A stretch of 64,000 bases of DNA. It comes from Eledone cirrhosa. Lineage: Eukaryota. Of this stretch, positions 11,131 through 21,500 are shown piece by piece. The number at the start of each line of letters is the position of its first letter. Position 1 is the stretch's first letter. A model generated the notes under the pieces. The model searched no databases, was not told the origin of the DNA, and was given only the letters and a program-made list of their open reading frames with translations. The position numbers and the translations under genes are program-made. The stretch is taken from NCBI GenBank assembly GCA_964016885.1, contig OZ024757.1:11346001-11410000 (forward strand). Reading direction: 5' to 3'.

Positions 11131-12209
11131 TAACATTATTTTAGAAATTAATATATAATTTAATTTAAATGTTAGTTAACCTATAAATTTAATTTAATTA
11201 AAATTCTACTACAGATGAGATTATAAAATATTGTGTAATCATAAATTGTGAAAATTTTTTAAATATTACTAATATATACTTCGTAAATTAATTTATAGAT
11301 TAATTTTAATTTATTTAACCTTTTATTAAAATTCCTTTACAGATAAAATATAACAAAATATCGTGTATTCAATGACAGAGAAATAATTTTTAATATTATA
11401 GACCTAATTAATGTACATTTTAGAAATATATTTATAATTTGGTTTTAAATTTGTTTAACCTAAAAATTTAATTTAATTGGCTTAAAATTAATATCCTAAT
11501 ACAGATGGATTGCAGAGTGTCATGTGATCATAGACTGAGATAGGTTTTGGATGTATACCTAGTTAATATATTCTTTGCAATTTTTGAAAAAATATGTATG
11601 TGTATGTATATATATGTATATGTATGTATATATATATATGTATATGTATATATATATGTGTATGTATTAATTTTCATTTCTGTTTACCTATAATTATATC
11701 CTACTATAGATAAAATACAATATCTGTTTTAATTATTATAAACCAAATTAACATATACTATAGAAATTAATATATAATTTTTAATTTAGTTAACCTATAA
11801 TTTATATTCTACTACCGATGTAATACTTTATTTGTTTTTTTCCCTATTACTAAATTCATTTCCTAATATTGATACCATAACGTTAATAATTTTAATTTAG
11901 TTATACTATAATTAATACTCTACTACTATTTAACTTCAAAATTCCGCTTCAAATATTATAAACCTAAGTAGTATACACCTTAGAAATCAATATATTAACT
12001 ATCTTTATTTTAGTTAACCTATAATTAATAGTCTACTATTAAAATGCATAATTTTGCCTTCTTTCTTACATTTCCTAATACTGAAACTACTATGTAAACG
12101 CATATTATGATCTAAATACAGATTAATATTCTATGTTTCTTGAAACCTATATTTACTATAATCCCCCCCCCCTTTTCCCCCCTATTATTATTCGTATTTG
12201 TAAGCGTGG

Positions 12210-12490
12210 ATGTATGTATGTATATGTAGGTAGGTATGTATGTTTGGGTGTTTGTATGTGAGTATAAAAATACATATGTGCGCATGTAAATAAGGATGTA
12301 TGATTGTGTATATATATATATATATATGTGTATATATATATATATATGTATGTGTATATATATATATATGTATCTATGTATTTATGTGGGTATATGTGTG
12401 TATGTATATGTATGCACATGTATACGTCTATGTGTATATGTGTGTATGTGTATATATGTACGTGTGTGCGCATGTATATGTGAGTGTTTG

Positions 12491-12525
<35 letters not shown>

Positions 12526-12577
12526 ATATATATTTGTAGTTGATGTGTGTATGTGTATATATATATGTATGTATATG

Positions 12578-12620
<43 letters not shown>

Positions 12621-12736
12621 ATATATATGTATATGTATGTGTGTGCATATTTGTCTGACAGTGTGTATTAATTTATTTATTTATTTATTTATTTTATTTA
12701 TTTATTTTTTTATATATATGTATATATGTATATATG

Positions 12737-12807
<71 letters not shown>

Positions 12808-13244
12808 ATATATGTGTATGTGTGTATGTATGTGTGTGTATGTGTGTATGTGTGTGTATGAGTGTATATATTTATATGTGTATATGTATCTCTATTTATA
12901 TATGTATATATGTGTATGTATATCCCTTTATTTATGTATGTCTGAGTTGTGTGAGCGTGTGCATATGTATGTGTATGTATGTGTGTGTGTGTGTGTGTGT
13001 ATGTGTGTATATATTTATATCTGTATATGTATCTCTATTTATATATGTATATATGTGTATGTATATCCCTTTATTTATGTATGTCTGAGTTGTGTGAGCG
13101 TGTGGTGGTGTTTGTATGTATATACGCATACATGGATGTGTATGTATGTGTATATATGCGTATATGTATGTGTATGTATGTGTGTATATATGTATGTCTA
13201 TGTATGAGTATGTATGTGTGTGTATGTATGTATATATATATGTG

Positions 13245-13295
<51 letters not shown>

Positions 13296-13377
13296 TATAT
13301 GTGTGTGTGTATGTGTATATATATCTTTGTATATGTGTATGTGTATGTGAGTGTATGTATGTATATATATATATGTG

Positions 13378-13424
<47 letters not shown>

Positions 13425-13525
13425 TATATGTGTGTGTGTATGTGTATATATATCTTTGTATATGTGTATGTGTATGTGAGTGTATGTATGTGTGTATATA
13501 TATGTATATATATATATGTATATAT

Positions 13526-13571
<46 letters not shown>

Positions 13572-13576
13572 ACGTG

Positions 13577-13610
<34 letters not shown>

Positions 13611-13682
13611 GGTATGTATGTGTGTGTGTGTATATACATGAGTGTGTTTTATATGTGTGTAGATATGTGTATGTATATATAT

Positions 13683-13738
<56 letters not shown>

Positions 13739-13948
13739 TGTGAATGGATATATATATATGTATGTGTGTATGTTTATATATATATGTGTGTATATGTGTA
13801 TATGTCTATGTATTTATATGTGTATATGTATGTGTCTCTATATGTATGCATGTGTGTATGTGTATGTGTATTTATATGGTGTGTGTATGTATATGTATGT
13901 GTATGTGTGTGTTTATGTATATGTGTATGTATATGTATGTATATATAC

Positions 13949-13988
<40 letters not shown>

Positions 13989-14063
13989 GTATGTATATTG
14001 ATGTATATTTTATATTTTACTTGTTTGTATATATATATATGTATGTATGTGTGTGTGTATATA

Positions 14064-14094
<31 letters not shown>

Positions 14095-14100
14095 GTATTT
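12210..14100. repeat. Compound (TA)n/(TG)n/(TATG)n microsatellite field in right PLE 3' region
   Basis: Mirror image of 5150-6850 with different tract lengths and an extra local duplication around 13214-13470. Confidence 0.95.
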
Positions 14101-14688
14101 TCTTAATATATTTCTTTTTTCTTTTTCTTTTTATTTCTAAATTTATAGATACATTTATAAATAGGCAGCTTGCTGACACCGCTAAATACTGACCTCTCCC
14201 CCCCACCCACCTACTTTCTGTATCTGGATCTAAATATGTGTGGCAGTGTTTATGTGCGCGCATTAATGTCCATATGCTTATGATAATAATATATACACAT
14301 ATATGTGTGTGGGGGTGTGTGTGTGAATGTATGTTCGTGGTTGTGTGTATGTTTATGCGTATACGCGCGTGTGTGTGTGAATGTACGTATATGTGTGAGT
14401 ATATGAATGTGTGTATATGTTTATTTTTATATTTATATGCGTATACGTATTTTAGCTGTAGATTATAAACATACAGAGACATTAGCCTTGAATTTTTGTA
14501 TTTACATACATCTTTTCGGCATGCGTATGCATGTGAACATATATTTTTATGCATATCTGTGAACGAAGTTACTTACATATATACACACACCTAACTGTAT
14601 AAACTTTTTGTGTTTTCATTGGTCAATTTGAACTCTGTTCCCAAACAGACCTGTAATTTTGAATTGTTGTTATTATCAATAAATATAT

Positions 14689-14826
14689 TTCATTATTTCT
14701 GAAGACGGCATATATATGTGTTGGTATGTATATTTAATTTTGATAGTTTGTATAATTTTGTATAATTTTGTACATAGATCTGTTGAATATGCATGCCAAT
14801 CCTAGAAACGATCGTTAAATAATGAA
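14689..14826 (+). ncRNA. Hammerhead ribozyme, right copy, 16-bp deletion in stem II
   Basis: TTCATTATTT, CTGAAGA (14699-14705), GAAA (14805-14808), CGATCG, TT, AAATAATGAA. It lacks TCTAACACATATATAT, which is present in the left copy. Confidence 0.72.
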
Positions 14827-14889
14827 CTTTTTTTGTTTAATATAAGGAACTGTTTCATTGTTTTATTCATTATTTTTTTAATATTTTAT

Positions 14890-14923
14890 ATATATATATA
14901 TATCTTTAAATTTGGTTGTTATG

Positions 14924-14962
<39 letters not shown>

Positions 14963-15044
14963 CTTTATATTTGGTTGTTATGTCTCTCTCTCTCTCTATA
15001 TATATATATAGAGGAAAAAGCGGACGTAAAATGATGATGATGAT
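14890..15044 (+). repeat. Right flank: (TA)n, two ATCTTTAWATTTGGTTGTTATG(TC)n(TA)n units and a SINE tail remnant
   Basis: Units start at 14902 and 14961. GCGGACGTAAAATGATGATGATGAT at ~15020-15044 matches the SINE tails at 3600-3630 and 4083-4110. Confidence 0.8.
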
Positions 15045-15401
15045 ATATAGGTGATTATTGTGGAGTATTCAACTATTATTTTGTTAAGGTGAAAGAAACT
15101 CTATTCACAATAAAATCCTCTGCTCATAAAACAGACGAATAAGACTTCTATAGTTAAGGTTCTTGTTATTGAGGACAGTTCAGGTGACAAGAGAATTAAT
15201 ATACATAATTTCAAAAGAGGAAGTTAAATATATATATACATATATATATATATACAGACATAAAGTGTGTACGTATGAGAGAGAGAAATAGACGTGTGTG
15301 TGTGCAGAAATATCTGTGTACGTGTTGTAATAAGTGAAGATATTTCACTTTAGATACTAGAAAAGTTCACAATGTTTGTGCCGTGGTGGAAAACGAAGGA
15401 A

Positions 15402-15588
15402 ATGTAGATATCGTTAATAGATGCCATGTAGTCAATATACAAAGGCTCCATAAAAGACTGCAGAACTTGGCTTTCTTCTTCTACAAAGCTGTATTGTAGC
15501 ATTTAGTTGGTAGAAGTAATGAGACATATGACAGCCCAAGACTGATTTTCGACAAAGAAAATTCAAGTGCATATTATATATATGTATA
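15402..15588 (+). repeat. ~180-bp dispersed segment, copy 2
   Basis: Aligns in direct orientation with 3418-3600 and ends ~10 bp before the 69-bp array. Confidence 0.85.
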
Positions 15589-15598
15589 ATTCAATCAG

Positions 15599-18500
15599 AG
15601 AAGAAATAACATGAATCCAGAGGAGAGAGAAGTTTATCTACAGAATAGAAGAAGTCGAGATCATGGTAGAAGAAATAACATGAATCCAGAGGAGAGAAGC
15701 TTATCTACAGAATAGAAGTGGAGATCATGACAGAAGAAATAACATGAATCCAGAGGATAGAGAAGTTTATCTACAGAATAGAAGTGGAGATCATGACAGA
15801 AGAAATAACTTGAATCCAGAGGAGAGAGAAGTTTATCTGCAGAATCGCAGTGGAGATCATGGTAGAAGAAATAACATGAATCCAGAGGAGAGAGAAGTTT
15901 ATCTACAAAATCGAAGTGGAGATCATGGTAGAAGAAATAACATGAATCCAGAGGTGAGAGAAGTTTATCTACAGAATAGAATTGGAGATCATGGTAGAAG
16001 AAATAACATCAATCCAGAGGTGAGAGAAGCTTATCTACAGAATAGAAGATGTGGAGATCATGGTAGAAGAAATAACATGAATCCAGATGTGAGAGAAGCT
16101 TATCTACAGAATAGAAGAAGTGGAGATCATGGTAGAAGAAATAACATGAATCCAGAGGTGAGAGAATTTTATCTACAGAATAGAAGAAGTGGAGATCATG
16201 ACAGAAGAATAACATGAATCCAGAGGAGAGAGTAGCTTATCTACAGAATAGAAGTGGAGATCTTTACAGAAGAAATAACATGAATCCAGAGGATAGAGAA
16301 GTTTATCTACAGAATAGAAGAAGTGGAGATCATGACAAGAAATAACATAAATCCAGAGGAGAAAGAAGATTCTCTACAGAATAGAAGAAGTGAAGATCAC
16401 GACAGAAGAAATAACATGAATCCATAGGAGAGAGAAGTTTATCTACAGAATAGAAGAAGTGGAGATCATGACAGAAGAATAACATGAATCCAGAGGAGAG
16501 AGAAGTTTATCTACAGAATAGAAGAAGTGGAGATCATGGTAGAAGAAATAACATGAATCCAGAGGTGAGTGAAGTTTATCTATAGAATAGAAGTGGAGAT
16601 CATGGTAGAAGAAATAACATGAATCCAGCGGTGAGAGAAGTTTATCTATAGAATAGAAGTGGTGTAGATCATGGTAGAAGAAATAACATGAAACCAGAGG
16701 AGAGAGAAGCTTATCTACAGAATAGAAGAAGTGGAGATCATGACTGAAGAAATAACATGAATCCAGAGGAGAGAGAAGTTTATCTACAGAATAGAAGTGG
16801 AGATCATGGTAGAAGAAATAACATGAATCCAGAGGTGAGAGAAGATTATCTACAGAATAGAAGTGGAGATCATGGTAGAAGAAATAACATGAATCCAGAG
16901 GTGAGAGAAGATTATCTGCAGAATAGAGGAAGTGGAGATCATGGTAGAAGAAATAACATGAATCCAGGGGTGAGAGAAGTTTATCTACAGAATAGAAGAA
17001 GTGGAGATCATGACAGAAGAAATAACTTGAATCTAGAGGTGAGAGAATTTTATCTACAGAATACAAGAAGCGGAGGTCAGACAGAAGAAATAACAGGAAT
17101 CCACAGGAGAGAGAAGTTTATCTACAGAATAGAAGTGGAGATCATGGTAGAAGAAATAACATGAATCCAGAGGTGAGAGAAGATTATCTACAGAATAGAA
17201 GTGGAGATCATGGTAGAAGAAATAACATGAATCCAGAGGTGAGAGAAGATTATCTACAGAATAGAGGAAGTGGAGATCATGGTAGAAGAAATAACATGAG
17301 TCCAGAGGAGAGAGAAGTTTATCTACAGAATAGAAGAAGTGAAGATCAAGGTAGAAGAAATAACATGAATCCAGATGTGAGAGAAGCTTATCTACAGAAT
17401 AGAAGTGGAGATCATGACTGAAGAAATAACATGAATCTAGAGGTGAGAGAAGTTTAACTACAGAATAGAAGAAGGTGAGATCATGACCGAAGAAATAACA
17501 TAAATCCAGAGGAGAGAGAAGTTTATCTACAGAATAGAAGAAGTGGAGGTCATGACAGAAGAAATAACATGAATCCAGAGGAGAGACAAGCTTATCTACA
17601 GAATAGAAGAAGTGGAGATCATGACAAAAGAAATAACATGAATCCAGAGGAGAGAGAAGCTTATCTACAGAATAGAAGTGGAGATCATGGTAGAAGAAAT
17701 AACATGAATCCAGAGGTGAAAGGATTTTATCTACAGAATAGAAGAAGTGGAGATCATGGTAGAAGAAATAACATGAATCCAGAGGAGAGAGAATTTTATC
17801 TACCGAATAGAAAAAGTGGAGATCAAGGTAGAAGAAATAACATGAATCCAGAGGAGAGAGAATTTTATCTACAGAATAGAAGAAGTGGAGATCATGGTAG
17901 AAGAAATAACATGAATCCAGAGGTGAGAGAAGTTTATCTACAGAATAGAAGAAGTGGAGATCATGACAGAAGAAATAACTTGAATCTAGAGTTGAGAGAA
18001 GTTTATCTACAGAATAGAAGAAGCGGAGGTCAGACAGAAGAAATAACAGGAATCCACAGGAGAGAGAAGTTTATCTACAGAGTAGAAGTGGAGATCATGG
18101 TAGAAGAAATAACATGAATCCAGAGGTGAGAGAAGATTATCTACAGAATAGAGGAAGTGGATATCATGGTAGAAGAAATAACATGAGTCCAGAGGAGAGA
18201 GAAGTTTATCTACAGAATAGAAGAAGTGAAGATCATGGTAGAAGAAATAACATGAATCCAGAGGTGAGAGAAGTTTAACTACAGAATAGAAGAAGTGGAG
18301 ATCATGACAGAAGAAATAGCATAAATCCAGAGGAGAGAGAAGTTTATCTACAGAATAGAAGAAGTGGAGGTCATGACAGAAGAAACAACAGGAATCCAGA
18401 GGTGAGAGAAGTGTATCTACAGAATAGAAGAAGTGGAGATCATGACAGAAGAAATAACATGAATCTAGAGGTGAGAGAAGTTTATCTACAGAATAGAAGA

Positions 18501-21500
18501 AGTGGAGATCATGACAGAAGAAATAACATGAATCCAGAGGAGAGAGAAGCTTATCTACAGAATAGAAGTGGAGATCATGGTAGAAGAAATAACATGAATC
18601 CAGAGGTGAAAGGATTTTATCTACAGAATAGAAGAAGTGGAGATCATGGTAGAAGAAATAACATGAATCCAGAGGAGAGAGAATTTTATCTACCGAATAG
18701 AAAATGTGGAGATCATGGTAGAAGAAATAACATGAATCCAGAGGAGAGAGAAGTTTATCTACAGAATAGAAGAAGTGGAGATCATGACAGAAGAAATAAC
18801 TTGAATCTAGAGTTGAGAGAAGTTTATCTACAGAATAGAAGAAGCGGAGGTCAGACAGAAGAAATAACAGGAATCCACAGGAGAGAGAAGTTTATCTACA
18901 GAGTAGAAGTGGAGATCATGGTAGAAGAAATAACATGAATCCAGAGGTGAGAGAAGATTATCTACAGAATAGAGGAAGTGGAGATCATGGTAGAAGAAAT
19001 AACATAAGTCCAGAGGAGAGAGAAGTTTATCTACAGAATAGAAGAAGTGAAGATCATGGTAGAAGAAATAACATGAATCCAGAGGTGAGAGAAGTTTAAC
19101 TACAGAATAGAAGAAGTGGAGATCATGACAGAAGAAACAACAGGAATCCAGAGGTGAGAGAAGTGTATCTACAGAATAGAAGAAGTGGAGATCATGACAG
19201 AAGAAATAACATGAATTCAGAGGTGAGAGATTTTTATCTACAGAATAGAAGGAGTGGAGATCATGACAGAAGAAATAACAGGAATCCACAGGAGAGAGAA
19301 GATTATCTACAGAATAGAAGTGGAGATCATGGTAGAAGAAATAACATGAATCCGGAGGTGAGAGAAGATTATCTACAGAATAGAAGTGGAGATCATGGTA
19401 GAAGAAATAACATGAATCCAGAGGTGAGAGAAGATTATCTACAGAATACAGGAAGTGGAGATCATGGTAGAAGAAATAACATGAGTCCAGAGGAGAGAGA
19501 AGATTATCTACAGAATAGAAGAAGTGGAGATCATGGTAGAAGAAATAACATGAATCCAGATGTGAGAGAAGCTTATCTACAGAATAGAAGTGGAGATCAT
19601 GACTGAAGAAATAACATGAATCCAGAGGTGAGAGAAGTTTAACTACAGAATAGAAGAAGTGGAGTTCATGACAGAAGAAATAACATAAATCCAGAGGAGA
19701 GAGAAGTTTATCTACAGAATAGAAGAAGTGGAGGTCATGACAGAAGAAACAACAGGAATCCAGAGGTGAGAGAAGTGTATCTACAGAATAGAAGAAGTGG
19801 AGATCATGACAGAAGAAATAACATGAATGCAGAGGTGAGAGAAGTTTATCTACAGAATAGAAGAAATGGAGATCATGACAGAAGAAATAACATGAATCCA
19901 GAGGTGAGAGAAGATTATCTACAGAATAGAAGTGGAGATCATGGTAGAAGAAATAACATGAATCCAGAGGTGAGAGAAGATTATCAACAGAATAGAGGAA
20001 GTGGAGATCATGACAGAAGAAATAACATGAATCCAGAGGTGAGAGAAGTTTAACTACAGAATAGAAGAAGTGGAGATCATGGTAGAAGAAATAACATGAA
20101 TCCAGAGGTGAGAGAAGATTATCTACAGAATAGAGGAAGTGGAGATCATGGTAGAAGAAATAACATGAGTCCAGAGGAGAGAGAAGATTATCTACAGAAT
20201 AGAAGAAGTGGAGATCATGGTAGAAGAAATAACATGAGTCCAGAGGAGAGAGAAGTTTATCTACAGAATAGAAGAAGTGAAGATCAAGGTAGAAGAAATA
20301 ACATGAATCCAGATGTGAGAGAAGCTTATCTACAGAATAGAAGTGGAGATCATGACTGAAGAAATAACATGAATCCAGAGGTGAGAGAATTTTAACTACA
20401 GAATAGAAGAAGGTGAGATCATGACCGAAGAAATAACATAAATCCAGAGGAGAGAGAAGTTTATCTACAGAATAGAAGAAGTGGAGGTCATGACAGAAGA
20501 AATAACATGATTCCAGAGAAGAGACAAGCTTATCTACAGAATAGAAGAAGTGGAGATCATGACAAAAGAAATAACATGAATCCAGAGGAGAGAGAAGCTT
20601 ATCTACAGAATAGAAGTGGAGATCATGGTAGAAGAAATAACATGAATCCAGAGGTGAAAGGATTTTATCTACAGAATAGAAGAAGTGGAGATCATGGTAG
20701 AAGAAATAACATGAATCCAGAGGAGAGAGAATTTTATCTACCGAATAGAAAAAGTGGAGATCATGGTAGAAGAAATAACATGAATCCAGAGGAGAGAGAA
20801 TTTTATCTACAGAATAGAAGAAGTGGAGATCATGGTAGAAGAAATAACATGAATCCAGAGGTGAGAGAAGTTTATCTACAGAATAGAAGAAGTGGAGATC
20901 ATGACAGAAGAAATAACTTGAATCTAGAGTTGAGAGAAGTTTATCTACAGAATAGAAGAAGCGGAGGTCAGACAGAAGAAATAACAGGAATCCACAGGAG
21001 AGAGAAGTTTATCTACAGAGTAGAAGTGGAGATCATGGTAGAAGAATTAACATGAATCCAGAGGTGAGAGAAGATTATCTACAGAATAGAGGAAGTGGAT
21101 ATCATGGTAGAAGAAATAACATGAGTCCAGAGGAGAGAGAAGTTTATCTACAGAATAGAAGAAGTGAAGATCATGGTAGAAGAAATAACATGAATCCAGA
21201 GGTGAGAGAAGTTTAACTACAGAATAGAAGAAGTGGAGATCATGACAGAAGAAATAGCATAAATCCAGAGGAGAGAGAAGTTTATCTACAGAATAGAAGA
21301 AGTGGAGGTCATGACAGAAGAAACAACAGGAATCCAGAGGTGAGAGAAGTGTATCTACAGAATAGAAGAAGTGGAGATCATGACAGAAGAAATAACATGA
21401 ATCTAGAGGTGAGAGAAGTTTATCTACAGAATAGAAGAAGTGGAGATCATGACAGAAGAAATAACATGAATCCAGAGGAGAGAGAAGCTTATCTACAGAA

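Larger units (their letters stand above)
9829..14889 (+). mobile_element. Penelope-like retroelement, right (inverted) copy, more truncated
   Basis: Reverse complement of 4348-9254. It starts at HITFEKTSKVVNFLDITL (lacking the RT core with YRDD), carries the GIY-YIG ORF, 3' region and hammerhead, and ends in (TA)n at ~14890. Confidence 0.9.

Noticed and set aside
4348-14889. Palindrome as a pure fold-back read artefact or DNA-transposon TIRs
   Set aside because: The arms differ by discrete deletions and substitutions, the centre is asymmetric, the flanks are collinear direct units, and the content is RT/GIY-YIG. Read-level confirmation is still advisable.
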